The notes under the pieces: generated by a model
Told to the model about the DNA's origin: nothing
The model's input: the letters and a program-made list of their open reading frames with translations, nothing else
Databases searched by the model: none
In this document: one piece after another, positions 1 through 9,847 of the stretch
Layout of the letters: each line of letters starts with the position of its first letter
How positions within the stretch are numbered: position 1 is the stretch's first letter
NCBI GenBank assembly: GCA_020348985.1
Contig: CP070761.1
Span: 862,324-926,323 of the forward strand
DNA length: 64,000 bases
Origin: Candidatus Thorarchaeota archaeon
GTDB lineage: Archaea; Asgardarchaeota; Thorarchaeia; Thorarchaeales; Thorarchaeaceae
Direction of reading: 5' to 3'
Made by a program: the position numbers and the translations under genes

Positions 1-753
1 ATAGGTAGCGCCCTAAATTTCGGTAATCCGGAACGAATCGAGTCCTATGCACAATATGCAGAATCTGTTAGAGGAATCGGTCAGTTCTGTCACGACTTTG
101 AAGTACCAATAGGAGACCTAGCTCTCTCGATGTTCAATGAAGAAGAGATTGGAGGTCGTCTAGAGAGGATAAACCCGACTCCTCAGATCTTTATGGTCGG
201 CTCATTTGCTCATGGTGTGAGACCGGTTAGGCGAACACTATGTACTCCGCTAGCAAACATATTCCTCCTTGGAAACACTCACGGAGACCTCAACTGTACA
301 GAATTCCAACGAGTGCAAATGGGGAAAGTGGAGGGCCTTCCGCCTCGATACCGTCCGGAAGACGAAAAGAATGCGATGAAGGCGATTCTTGAGGCACACT
401 CTAGGAGATTGATTCGGGCGTGCAACAACGTGGGCCGCGGAGGCATTGCTGTGGCACTCTTGAAAATGGCTGTCAATAGCAGCTACGGCTTCAAAGTGGA
501 ATTCTTGGATCTTCCCGGCACAGCGAGAAGCCTCACTCAGGTGCTTTTCTCGGAAACATCTGCTAGATATCTTGCCGAGGTAACTGAAAGTAACCAAGAT
601 GAGTTTCTTGGAATAATGGAGAAGAATAAAGTACCCCACGATGAACTGGGCCTGACTGTTACTGAGCCTATTGCAAGATTCGGAAAGTTCAGCATTCCAG
701 TCAGTGAGGTGACAGACATATTCGAGAATGGTCTGCGAGCATTCGGCTCATGA
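1..753 (+). CDS. purL: Phosphoribosylformylglycinamidine synthase subunit PurL, C-terminal part (5' truncated by window edge)
   Basis: Frame 1 is open from base 1: IGSALNFGNPE...ESVRGIG...MFNE...INPTPQIFMVG...GGIAVAL...LFSETSARYLAEV. This is the AIRS/AIRS_C pattern of PurL. Confidence 0.85.
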   Translation: MGSALNFGNPERIESYAQYAESVRGIGQFCHDFEVPIGDLALSMFNEEEIGGRLERINPTPQIFMVGSFAHGVRPVRRTLCTPLANIFLLGNTHGDLNCTEFQRVQMGKVEGLPPRYRPEDEKNAMKAILEAHSRRLIRACNNVGRGGIAVALLKMAVNSSYGFKVEFLDLPGTARSLTQVLFSETSARYLAEVTESNQDEFLGIMEKNKVPHDELGLTVTEPIARFGKFSIPVSEVTDIFENGLRAFGS

Positions 754-811
754 GAAGAATGAGACTACCAAACACCAACTATAAGGGACCGTCATCGCAT
801 TTAGCCGGAAG

Positions 812-1966
812 TTGATTGGATTGAAAGGCAAGCTTCTCTATCCATATTCTGACTCACTTTTGCATTATGAGTTTCGAACAGACCACCCACTCAAGCCAGA
901 CAGACTAAGTCTTACGTACGAACTTTCGAGGCAGCTGGGATTGCTTGAGGACGTCCAAGTTATAGAGCCGATTCCTGCTACTAGAGAGGAGTTGGAGATG
1001 TTCCATTCTCCAGAATTCATTGATGCAGTAGAAGAAGCAGGAAGGACTTTGGAGCCTGCACCTTACTACGGCCTCGGAACAGCAGACAACCCCTTGTTTT
1101 CAGAAATCTATGACGCCGCGTCAAGATATGTCGGTGCGACTTTGGTGGGAGCAAAGGAAATGCTGAAGAATTCATCCAATGCTTTTTGCATCTCTGGAGG
1201 TCTGCATCATGCTCAACGCAGCAAGGCAAGTGGGTTCTGCGTGTTTAACGACATTGTCGCTGCCATCCTGCAATTCAGAGAGGCGAAGTCTTCGAGAGTC
1301 TTGTATGTTGACATTGATGCACACCATGGTGATGGGGTCCAGAATGCATTCTACAGGTCAAAGGATGTGATGACTATCTCATTACATCAAACTGGACGAA
1401 CTCTCTTTCCCGGCACTGGTGATATCTACGAAGCAGGTGAGGGAGAAGGATTTGGATACTCGGTCAATATCCCCCTACTTCCTGGTGCAGGAAGCCCTGA
1501 GCTTCTGAGAGTACTGGAAGAGGTTGTGCAGCCCCTATTTGCCGCGTATAGGCCGGATCTTCTTGTCACTCAGCTCGGCGTTGATGCTCACTTCTTGGAC
1601 CCACTGGCGAATCTGACGTTTACATCTCACGGATATGAAAGAGTTGTGAAATCCATGAAAGACCTAGCCAAGAAACACTGCAGTCACGGGTGGCTCGCTT
1701 TGGGAGGGGGAGGATATCATCCTGTCAACGTGGCACGCTTATGGTCATTGTTCTTGGCTGAGATTCTGGGAAAGAAAATCCCAAGGTCTCTGCCTGAGGA
1801 GTTTGTTAGGCTCTGTGAATCAAAAGGCTACTCGAATTTCCCTGAGAACATGAGAGATGAGGACGAAGTCATACAGGCATTCCTCCCAAGAGAGATGATT
1901 CAACTTGATCTTGATAGGGTCATTCGGAAGATCCAGGAGGACATCTTCCCATATCACGGAATGTAG
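812..1966 (+). CDS. acuC: Class I histone deacetylase family / acetoin utilization protein AcuC
   Basis: Motifs HPLKP, GGLHHA, SGFCVFND, DIDAHHGDGVQ, FPGTG, GVDAHFLDPL and GGGGY are all intact. Confidence 0.93.
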   Translation: MIGLKGKLLYPYSDSLLHYEFRTDHPLKPDRLSLTYELSRQLGLLEDVQVIEPIPATREELEMFHSPEFIDAVEEAGRTLEPAPYYGLGTADNPLFSEIYDAASRYVGATLVGAKEMLKNSSNAFCISGGLHHAQRSKASGFCVFNDIVAAILQFREAKSSRVLYVDIDAHHGDGVQNAFYRSKDVMTISLHQTGRTLFPGTGDIYEAGEGEGFGYSVNIPLLPGAGSPELLRVLEEVVQPLFAAYRPDLLVTQLGVDAHFLDPLANLTFTSHGYERVVKSMKDLAKKHCSHGWLALGGGGYHPVNVARLWSLFLAEILGKKIPRSLPEEFVRLCESKGYSNFPENMRDEDEVIQAFLPREMIQLDLDRVIRKIQEDIFPYHGM

Positions 1967-1973
1967 TTGAAGG

Positions 1974-2597
1974 TCACTGTGTTGTCGCAGAATCTAGCTG
2001 GAGATCTATCCACCTTCTTACTATCTTTGTGACAAGATCTGAAGCAGCGGCCATGATCACGGAATCAGCATCTTCTGAGAGAAGAGAGGAAGGATCTATC
2101 CCTGAACGAGCCATTCTAAGTAGGGGTGGATAACAGAGAAACCCCAATCCCTCAACAACAGTAGAGGAATCAGTCCCGGTAATGACTAGATCTGTGCCGA
2201 GCAGATCTAACGGTGATGCATCAGAATCGATACTAACCAGACTAAGCAGTGTCGATGCATCTGCGGTAATTAGAACGTCAGGTTCGACACATTCGTCAAA
2301 GAAAGTGCAAGTTGTCTTACTGAACTCAAGTGAGTAGAGCTCTCCGCTGTCACTGGCTTCAAAGCAGATTGTCAAGTGATAGAAGGACTGCCCTGCCCCC
2401 TCTAGATGAGTGTCAAACTCTTCCTCAGACATTTCATGAAGCCTACTAGCTTGCTCGACGTTCAGGTTGAGTGCGGCGCGTGCACCGTCAACAATAGGGC
2501 CTAGGTACTCAAGCAACATGAATTTGTCGCGAGTCACCTCAGACGAAATGAGCTTCAATGCCTCTCGCAGAGTGCGTCTTTGTTCATCTTCGGTCAA
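1974..2597 (-). CDS. Hypothetical protein with SCP2 (sterol carrier)-like domain
   Basis: LTICFEASDSGELYSLEFS...EPDVLITADASTLLSLV...PLDLLGTDLVITG fits the SCP2 pattern. Start moved to TTG 2597 because the longer ORF (to 2717) overlaps the divergent neighbour. Confidence 0.55.
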   Translation of the reverse strand: MTEDEQRRTLREALKLISSEVTRDKFMLLEYLGPIVDGARAALNLNVEQASRLHEMSEEEFDTHLEGAGQSFYHLTICFEASDSGELYSLEFSKTTCTFFDECVEPDVLITADASTLLSLVSIDSDASPLDLLGTDLVITGTDSSTVVEGLGFLCYPPLLRMARSGIDPSSLLSEDADSVIMAAASDLVTKIVRRWIDLQLDSATTQ

Positions 2598-2691
2598 GAG
2601 TCCTCTAGCTCCTAGGTTTGGTCTCACATATAGCCATAGTGCTGACGACATCATCACACAATAAATGATAAGGACTGCAATATGCTTGAAA

Positions 2692-3450
2692 ATGGGGCCA
2701 CAATTGACAATCGACATACATACTCATCTCGGAGCGGTCAGATCATCATATCAAGACGTGAATGAAGAGGATGTCTCCGAGCATGCAGACAATCTAGTTC
2801 AACGCATGGATGGATTTGGTATAACCAAGGCAGTCCTGACACCTCTCGAACCATGGATTTCAACGGACAAATACATGCAAGCTGCTGCCATCTACCCAGA
2901 CCGACTTCTTAGTGCATGCTCGATAATTCCCAGACCCATAGAATTCGCGAGGAAGGAGATTCACAGGTATTCAGATGAGGGATGTCGAGCTCTGGTATTG
3001 GATGAAAGATCGTACCATCCAGCAGACCCAGCGACCATGGCCTTGGTTGAAGAGGCCGTAGATAATCAGTTGGCCCTCTTTCTCCACAATCATGAGATGA
3101 CTGTAGACACTATTACCTTCATAGATCGCATTTCACAGATCCATGAAGACGGCAAGTTCGTTGTCTTGCACATGGGGAGCCTCTTTGGTTTTCATAACCT
3201 AATTCCCCTTATGCAAAGAGAGAACATTTGGCTTGAAACATCAGTGACTCTCATAAAGCTTGTAGAGTCACCATTGCGCGTTTTCCTAGATGCGCTTGTA
3301 CAGGATGTTGGTGTTCGCCGCCTCGTCTTTGGGTCGGACCATTTCACAGATTATGCGGACCTAATGGCCGCTCTAAATATGATGAATCTGAACATAGAAA
3401 CAAGCAAAGTGATCCGGGAGTTGAATGCTAAGCAAATCTTGGGCCTCTAG
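2692..3450 (+). CDS. Amidohydrolase_2 family TIM-barrel metallohydrolase
   Basis: IDIHTH (HxH), FLHN, VVLHMG and FGSDH motifs. ATG 2692 preferred to 2665. Confidence 0.85.
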   Translation: MGPQLTIDIHTHLGAVRSSYQDVNEEDVSEHADNLVQRMDGFGITKAVLTPLEPWISTDKYMQAAAIYPDRLLSACSIIPRPIEFARKEIHRYSDEGCRALVLDERSYHPADPATMALVEEAVDNQLALFLHNHEMTVDTITFIDRISQIHEDGKFVVLHMGSLFGFHNLIPLMQRENIWLETSVTLIKLVESPLRVFLDALVQDVGVRRLVFGSDHFTDYADLMAALNMMNLNIETSKVIRELNAKQILGL

Positions 3451-3462
3451 TCTTCTGACCAC

Positions 3463-3825
3463 TCAGGGAAGATTATATTCCGCAATCCGAGAGTTCAACA
3501 TGGACATGTGAACGAGCTCCTCGATATCGCCCTGATTAGGCAGACCAATTAGCCTAGACTGACCCACCAAGATTGTTGGCAATGCCAATATCTCTAGCTG
3601 TTCCACAAGTTCAGGTCGTTCATCTATGCGGGATTCTACAACCTCAACTGGACCCTCGTAACAAGATATGTCTGAAGCTACTTCTCGAGCTAGCTCTAAT
3701 GCCTTGCTACAGAATGCACAGGTTTTGCTCGTGAAGACAGTCACTGTCACCTTTGTGGATGGCGCCATTTGTCCGCTCTGCAAACTATACATGTCCGCAG
3801 AAGCTAGATTGTTTCGCTGAGTCAA
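3463..3825 (-). CDS. Small archaeal thioredoxin/glutaredoxin-like protein
   Basis: VFTSKTCAFC (CxxC), ALPT cis-Pro motif, RLIGLP. A perfect SD precedes the TTG start. Confidence 0.85.
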   Translation of the reverse strand: MTQRNNLASADMYSLQSGQMAPSTKVTVTVFTSKTCAFCSKALELAREVASDISCYEGPVEVVESRIDERPELVEQLEILALPTILVGQSRLIGLPNQGDIEELVHMSMLNSRIAEYNLP

Positions 3826-3827
3826 GA

Positions 3828-3838
3828 GATCACCTCCT
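3828..3838 (-). promoter_or_regulatory. Shine-Dalgarno site AGGAGGTGATC
   Basis: The + strand reads GATCACCTCCT, identical to the canonical 16S 3' end, 2 nt upstream of the TTG at 3825. Confidence 0.8.
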
Positions 3839-3858
3839 CCTTCTAAGGTAAACCTCCT

Positions 3859-4110
3859 TCATTCCGCAAAGACTGGAGGCTTGAGCCTTATGGCTTCTGT
3901 CACCGACTCTATTGCTCGTAGGGGAATAGCCTCCCATGAGAAGGGCTTACGACCAGCGTCCTGACGTTCAACAATGACGAGTGGACCTTGTGAGTCCTCG
4001 TACCAGACTTTCCTAACTCGTCCTATTGGGAATCCCCTAAAATCGCACACAACCTTGTTTTTCAAGAGATACTTCATCTTCTCGTCCTGCATGACTCCTC
4101 GCTCATGCAT
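3859..4110 (-). CDS. Stand-alone PRC-barrel protein
   Basis: LKNKVVCDFRGFPIGRVRKV...IPLRAIESVTEAIRLK matches the PRC-barrel pattern. Confidence 0.7.
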   Translation of the reverse strand: MHERGVMQDEKMKYLLKNKVVCDFRGFPIGRVRKVWYEDSQGPLVIVERQDAGRKPFSWEAIPLRAIESVTEAIRLKPPVFAE

Positions 4111-4187
4111 TGAGATGAGAACTCATTCATGAGGATGTGTACAATCCCCGCATTTTCGACGTAACACTTACTGTATGCCAGAATAGG

Positions 4188-4766
4188 CTATCTGGGTCTC
4201 ATTCGGTCATCGTATCCCCATTCTACGATCGTTTCTTCTTCACTTGTAATCAATGTCCCTGATACGCAATATCCTGCCGCCCCCATGATGAGGCCGAGGA
4301 TATTCATGGCTCCTCCCACAACGATGAATGTTCTCGAGTCACTCAATTGTGTGTAGGCGACATCAATCCAAGTAATACCATCCACCCGATCTAGGTTTAT
4401 TGTGTAGTTCCCATAGCCAAGTTCAATGATCGTCCTTTCTTCGTAGGTCATCGGTTGCACATCTTCAAGACGATCTGCAGAATTAAGAGTGATGTTGAAG
4501 ATACGTTCTTCCAACGTGTCATTGTCTACAATCCTAAGGTCAATATAGATAGTAGTATCATTGGAGGGTCTTGCGGCCATGACAATCTCAATCTGGTCAT
4601 AGAAGCCGGCTGACTCCCACATCTCAAACGCATATTCATCGCCGGTCGTGGCAATATAACCAAAGGCATGGTAGGGAGCGTTGAGAATGATGGCGCCTCC
4701 AATCAAAATTACGGCTGCGCCCCCAAAGTACAGAAATGCCTTCTTAGAGAACCAAGGACTGCCCAA
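4188..4766 (-). CDS. Hypothetical membrane protein (N- and C-terminal TM helices, beta-rich external domain)
   Basis: 192-aa ORF with two hydrophobic segments and several NxT sequons. Confidence 0.7.
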   Translation of the reverse strand: MGSPWFSKKAFLYFGGAAVILIGGAIILNAPYHAFGYIATTGDEYAFEMWESAGFYDQIEIVMAARPSNDTTIYIDLRIVDNDTLEERIFNITLNSADRLEDVQPMTYEERTIIELGYGNYTINLDRVDGITWIDVAYTQLSDSRTFIVVGGAMNILGLIMGAAGYCVSGTLITSEEETIVEWGYDDRMRPR

Positions 4767-4914
4767 CTCGATTCACCCTATGGTTCAAGAATCTGTTGTC
4801 TGTTTTATAGGTGTAACGAACAAGGCGGAAGCCCCTCATTTCTGACCTTAAATAGATCAGAATGAATAGAACGTTTGGTGGGATTGAGGAAACCGCTCCG
4901 CGGAGAGGGCTAGA

Positions 4915-6072
4915 ATGAATTCATCAGTGGGATTTGAGAATGGTCTTTGGAGACTAATCCCGAAGAATCACTTCGTTTCGATGTCTTTCTTCAGGGAGGA
5001 ACCACTAATCAACTGGGGCTACACGGAGTCGGTCCTGTTCACAGCCTATGATGTATGCCGCAGCTCGGATTTCTGGATTGACTCAGTGATTCGGTCAGGG
5101 AAGACACTCAAAGAAGCGATGACAGATCTTGGCTTTCCAAAGAAGACGTCTATGATGGCGGATACTGGTGTATTTGAAATGGAGGCGAAGAAGGCGGGAA
5201 TAGCCAGATCCCTCGGCATAGATGTGGATATCGCATTGACAAACGAGGAAATCTTTGAAGCCTACAGATTGTCAGGAGCTGACTACTTTGTCTCACCGGA
5301 CGAGATTATTCAGCCAACCGAATCATCTGAAGAAATGAATAAGAAGATCGAAGTCATCAAACACAACTTCACAGACTTGTTGGATGAATTTCCAGCTCGG
5401 AAGATTGTAGCAGTCATCCAGGGGACAAACAGAAGCACTATCACAATGATCTTTGACTTCTATCGGTCTCACGGCATTCGGCACTTTGCTATAGGGGGAC
5501 TCATACCTCTTTGGCGTCATGACAAAGAGCTCTTCAAGAAGACGTTGAACTATGTCAGGAAAATCACGAAGGGCAATTGGCTTCACGCTTTCGGGCTACC
5601 AATTCTGAGGCTCCTACCTTTCTATCTCCATAAAGTTGGGGTGGACAGTATTGACACGTCAATGCTACTCTATCTAAGTGCTAGGAGAAGGTACGTTGTC
5701 GGCTTCGAGATAGTACCTGTACGGCTCGTTGATTTCGCCTCCTGTGAATGCGTTGCTTGCAGTGTTCTATCACCGAAACTCCATCCACGTCGCTACGATT
5801 TCTTTATGAATCTCTATATCCAAAATATCGTAGAAGCCGCGAAGTACTCCGAGAATCCTGAACTCGCTAGGAAGAAGAAGGTAATAGCAAAGGAAAGTCA
5901 GATTACTGGCAGGAGAAGACAGACAGATCACAGAGTGGAATCCAAGACACCTCGGTGCCATCCACGGCTTGGAAGACTGCTGAAGAGGCGATTCAGGAGA
6001 ACACAGGACATCAACATGACGAATCAGGTGAGGGTGAGTACTCAAACAGATGCCAATTCTGAACCAATGTAG
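4915..6072 (+). CDS. tRNA-guanine transglycosylase (TGT)-fold protein, divergent short paralog
   Basis: MADTGVFE, SPDE, VIQG, AIGGL, HAFG, VDSIDTS and CECVAC Zn motif. Confidence 0.8.
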   Translation: MNSSVGFENGLWRLIPKNHFVSMSFFREEPLINWGYTESVLFTAYDVCRSSDFWIDSVIRSGKTLKEAMTDLGFPKKTSMMADTGVFEMEAKKAGIARSLGIDVDIALTNEEIFEAYRLSGADYFVSPDEIIQPTESSEEMNKKIEVIKHNFTDLLDEFPARKIVAVIQGTNRSTITMIFDFYRSHGIRHFAIGGLIPLWRHDKELFKKTLNYVRKITKGNWLHAFGLPILRLLPFYLHKVGVDSIDTSMLLYLSARRRYVVGFEIVPVRLVDFASCECVACSVLSPKLHPRRYDFFMNLYIQNIVEAAKYSENPELARKKKVIAKESQITGRRRQTDHRVESKTPRCHPRLGRLLKRRFRRTQDINMTNQVRVSTQTDANSEPM

Positions 6073-6147
6073 ACAAAACGTCGTTGACCATAAGGAATAA
6101 ATGTGGAGGACAATGGCATCTCGTCAGAACGACAGGAGCATCATCAA

Positions 6148-6552
6148 ATGTACTTTGAAATCGGTGTGGCGTTTTGGTCTGTTGTAGTGTTCCTTTTCCT
6201 GGTATTCTGGATTGTACAAGAGGGATCCCGTTGGCAAAAGAATAGACTCCTCGGAGTGTTTGCGAGATTCATTCAACATTCTGCAGGAAGGGCGTTCGTC
6301 CTATTCTTCCTTCTAACAATACTGATTATTCCAGCGTCACTCTCAGTAATGTCTGGCTTATGGTATGATGCTTGGCTGGCCGGCGGAGGCAACGCAGGGT
6401 TTACTAACACAGTTCCTGTTGTCACGACCTTCCTTCTGATGTTCCTACTGCTTTCAGGAATGATTCCTGTAATGTGGTCATCCTTCAGAACCTGGCGCCA
6501 AGCCGTCAGAAGTGCCAGAGAAGTCAGAGTTCAGACAACTGCCGAAATGTAG
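6148..6552 (+). CDS. Hypothetical 3-TM membrane protein
   Basis: Three hydrophobic stretches. CAGGAG SD-like site before ATG 6148. Confidence 0.65.
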   Translation: MYFEIGVAFWSVVVFLFLVFWIVQEGSRWQKNRLLGVFARFIQHSAGRAFVLFFLLTILIIPASLSVMSGLWYDAWLAGGGNAGFTNTVPVVTTFLLMFLLLSGMIPVMWSSFRTWRQAVRSAREVRVQTTAEM

Positions 6553-6611
6553 TCAAATCGATGAAGTTATGCGGGTGCAATCCGCATTTCAGTCCATACG
6601 TATTCCTAGGA

Positions 6612-7532
6612 ATGATCCTCGTGAAATCTGTCGAACTAGCCGAAGGCGTTCACGTAGCCATAGGTCCTCATTTCCCTCAATGTAACACGGTTGTGCTAGT
6701 TTCCGAAACTGTCACAGTTATCGATCCTGGATGTCCTTTGGAGACCTTGAGATTCACATTACGAAAGCTTGGCAAGGAAATCAACGACATCGACTATGTT
6801 GTGCTCAGCCACATACATCCAGACCACATCACGCATGCATCAAGAATAGAAAGAACGTCAAGATGCAGAATCGTGGCGAACGATATTACTGCACCTCTCT
6901 TCGATGAGAAAGAGGAGATGAAATGCTTTCTAGGATTTCACAAGGGAGAATTGGTCAGACCTCTTTGGGAGAACTTGGTCAATGAACGGATGTATGGCGC
7001 CCTTGATGAAGGCAGAACGAATTTCGTTGTTAAGGATCAGGAAGAGATCAGTCTCGGAGATCACACTCTAAGGATGGTGTACACTCCAGGCCATTTGCCG
7101 GATCACATGTGCATTGAGCTGGTTGAGTCGAATCTCTTGTATTCGGCAGACATTGATTGCACAGAGTTCGGTCCTTTCTACGGCCACTGGAATTCGTCAA
7201 TCACTGAGTTCAAGCAATCAATAGAATTCATTCTCTCCAGCAACTACGAAGGGCTGATAAGTGGACACCTTGGGCAACCGCTGTTACGGGAATTCAAAGA
7301 CCCTCTGAAATCTTTCCTTCGTCAATTTGACGTTCGCGAGGACTTAGTTTTGCTCGAGATCTCCGGAGGGGCAAGAACCCTGGGTGAAATCATGGCTCAT
7401 CCACTAATCTACCCGTCTCTGTCAAACCCGGTATTCCTCTATTTTGAGAAGTGGATGATTGAACATCATGTTCAGGAGCTGCTCAAAAAGGGAAAGGTCT
7501 GGCTAAAGAAAAATCAAATCCTACCCACCTAG
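6612..7532 (+). CDS. MBL-fold metallo-hydrolase with C-terminal winged-helix-like extension
   Basis: IDPG, SHIHPDH, TPGH, SAD and SGH motifs. Start at ATG 6612 or GTG 6621. Confidence 0.88.
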   Translation: MILVKSVELAEGVHVAIGPHFPQCNTVVLVSETVTVIDPGCPLETLRFTLRKLGKEINDIDYVVLSHIHPDHITHASRIERTSRCRIVANDITAPLFDEKEEMKCFLGFHKGELVRPLWENLVNERMYGALDEGRTNFVVKDQEEISLGDHTLRMVYTPGHLPDHMCIELVESNLLYSADIDCTEFGPFYGHWNSSITEFKQSIEFILSSNYEGLISGHLGQPLLREFKDPLKSFLRQFDVREDLVLLEISGGARTLGEIMAHPLIYPSLSNPVFLYFEKWMIEHHVQELLKKGKVWLKKNQILPT

Positions 7533-7596
7533 AAGTTCGAAATATCTTGTGCTATACTGAAAGATATATCTCCTTAACCATCGTTAATGCTATTGC

Positions 7597-9732
7597 TTGA
7601 GAGGGAGTATCTCAAAAGGTGGGAGCGCTACGACTTCAGGAAAACATGGTAAAGCAAACCGTTTGATTGACGAAAAGAGCCCATATCTTCTCCAGCATGC
7701 CTACAATCCAGTAGAATGGTATGCATGGGGAGATGAGGCATTCAACCTAGCAAAGAAGAAGGACAAACCAATATTCGTCTCAATCGGGTACAGCACTTGC
7801 CACTGGTGCCATGTAATGGAAACCGAGTCATTTGAGGACGACGAAGTTGCCAGACTAATGAACGAGGCTTTCGTCAACATAAAAGTGGACCGAGAAGAAA
7901 GACCTGACATCGACAAAGTGTACATGTCTGTCGCACAGATGATGACCGGAAGAGGTGGCTGGCCGCTTACGATTATCATGACACCTGACAAGATTCCGTT
8001 CTTCGCGGCCACATACATTCCCAAAGATGACCGATACGGACAGCTGGGGATGCTGAGCCTTGTTCCGAGGGTGCAGGAATTGTGGACATCACAGAGAGAA
8101 GAAATCGAATCCACTGGCGTACAAATAGCTGCTTCACTTGGGCAAGTCGAGCAATCTGGGGATAGCTCGGAACTCATTGTTGACGACCTGGCCCACGGTT
8201 TCAACTTCCTCTCAGACAGGTTCGATATTGAACGGGGTGGCTTTGGTTCCTCTCCGAAGTTCCCTACGCCTCACAATCTGATGTTCTTGCTGCGCCACTG
8301 GAAAAGGACTGGGGATGAGTACGCACTCCGAATGGTGGTCAAGACTCTCAAGGAGATGAGAAAGGGAGGAATATTCGATCAGGTTGGGTTTGGATTTCAC
8401 AGATACTCAACTGACGCATCGTGGCTGCTTCCTCACTTCGAAAAGATGCTCTATGACCAGGCCATGTTGATTATGGCGTATTCCGAAGCATATCACGCAA
8501 CGGGAGACAAGGAGCTGGGTAGGGTTGTTGAGGAAGTCGTCACCTATGTTGAACGTGATTTGATGAGTCCAGATGGTGCATTCTACTCTGCAGAGGATGC
8601 AGATAGTGAAGGTGTTGAGGGCAAGTTCTACGTCTGGACAGAGAAGGACATCAGAGAAGCACTGGAAGATGATGAATTCGAAGTGTTCAGGGAGGTATTC
8701 AATATCCGACCAACGGGGAACTTTCACGATGAAGCAACAGGTGAACAATCAGAGTCGAACATTCCCCACATCACTCGCTCACTCTCTGCTTCGGCAAAAT
8801 CACTAGGATACGAATTGGAGCGTGTTGAGGAATTGGTAGAGTCCTCCAGATTGGCGCTCCTAGCCCAACGTGAGAAGAGAGTGAGGCCACATCTCGACGA
8901 CAAGATTCTGACCGATTGGAACGGGTTGATGATTGCGGCTCTCGCCAAGGCTTCAAGAATCACAGGAGTTGAGAGATATCTCAGACTCGCTGAACGAAGC
9001 CTTGATTTTGTCCTATCGACGCTTCGTGAGGATGGGCGCCTCTCGCATAGATACAGAGAAGGAGAGTCGGACATTCTTGCTTTCCTTGACGATTATGCGT
9101 TTCTAATCTGGGGATTGCTGGAGCTTTACGAGACCACTTTCAATCTGGAGTATCTCAAACTTGCAGTTGCACTGAATGATGAGATGTTGGAACATTTTTG
9201 GGATCCAGAAGGAAAGGGGCTGTTCTTCTCAGGGAATCTTGCAGAGAAGCTAATTGCCCGGAACAAAGATGCATATGATGGAGCCATTCCTTCGGGAAAT
9301 TCCGTTGCCATGTTCAATCTGATTAGACTCGCAAGACTCCTGGGTAGAAACGAGTATGAAGACAGAGCATTGGAGATCAGTCGCACCTTTTCTGCAACGG
9401 TCAGACGGGCTCCAGGAGGATTTACGATGATGCTGCTAGCCGCAGATTTCGCAATTGGACCTTCGTATGAGATTGTGATTGCAGGTGATCCAGGGAGCGA
9501 GGACACACGACTGATGATATCGACGGTGCGATCAGTTTTCCTTCCAAACAAAGTTGTATTGCTGCGGACAGGAGGAGAACAATCGAGACACGTGACGGAG
9601 CTGGCCTCGTACACGAAGTTCCACGAGCAGGTAGATGGGAAGGCAACTGCGCATGTATGCATAGACTATAATTGTAAACTGCCGACCACTGATGCATCCC
9701 ACATGTTGAATCTTCTCGGAATCACTAGATGA
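7597..9732 (+). CDS. YyaL/SPATA20 family protein (thioredoxin-like + six-hairpin glycosidase-like, DUF255)
   Basis: [63 protein letters not shown]. Confidence 0.93.
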   Translation: MRGSISKGGSATTSGKHGKANRLIDEKSPYLLQHAYNPVEWYAWGDEAFNLAKKKDKPIFVSIGYSTCHWCHVMETESFEDDEVARLMNEAFVNIKVDREERPDIDKVYMSVAQMMTGRGGWPLTIIMTPDKIPFFAATYIPKDDRYGQLGMLSLVPRVQELWTSQREEIESTGVQIAASLGQVEQSGDSSELIVDDLAHGFNFLSDRFDIERGGFGSSPKFPTPHNLMFLLRHWKRTGDEYALRMVVKTLKEMRKGGIFDQVGFGFHRYSTDASWLLPHFEKMLYDQAMLIMAYSEAYHATGDKELGRVVEEVVTYVERDLMSPDGAFYSAEDADSEGVEGKFYVWTEKDIREALEDDEFEVFREVFNIRPTGNFHDEATGEQSESNIPHITRSLSASAKSLGYELERVEELVESSRLALLAQREKRVRPHLDDKILTDWNGLMIAALAKASRITGVERYLRLAERSLDFVLSTLREDGRLSHRYREGESDILAFLDDYAFLIWGLLELYETTFNLEYLKLAVALNDEMLEHFWDPEGKGLFFSGNLAEKLIARNKDAYDGAIPSGNSVAMFNLIRLARLLGRNEYEDRALEISRTFSATVRRAPGGFTMMLLAADFAIGPSYEIVIAGDPGSEDTRLMISTVRSVFLPNKVVLLRTGGEQSRHVTELASYTKFHEQVDGKATAHVCIDYNCKLPTTDASHMLNLLGITR

Positions 9733-9847
9733 CAGCAACATGTGAGATTCAGATGATTCCATTGAAAGCGCCATCCACTAGGCTTATTTTGGAGGCGACG
9801 GCCGGACTTTAGGGGTCCCTCACTGGAACATCGGAGCAAATCACCGT

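Noticed and set aside
3463-3825. KaiB-like resemblance (PELVEQLEILALPT)
   Set aside because: The intact CxxC and overall pattern fit archaeal thioredoxin, and there is no kaiC in the window.
5880-6062. Possible -1 frameshift in the TGT tail (the alternative frame reads ...STAWKTAEEAIQE...)
   Set aside because: Both frames are open for a similar length and there is no clear slippery site. It cannot be decided without homologs.
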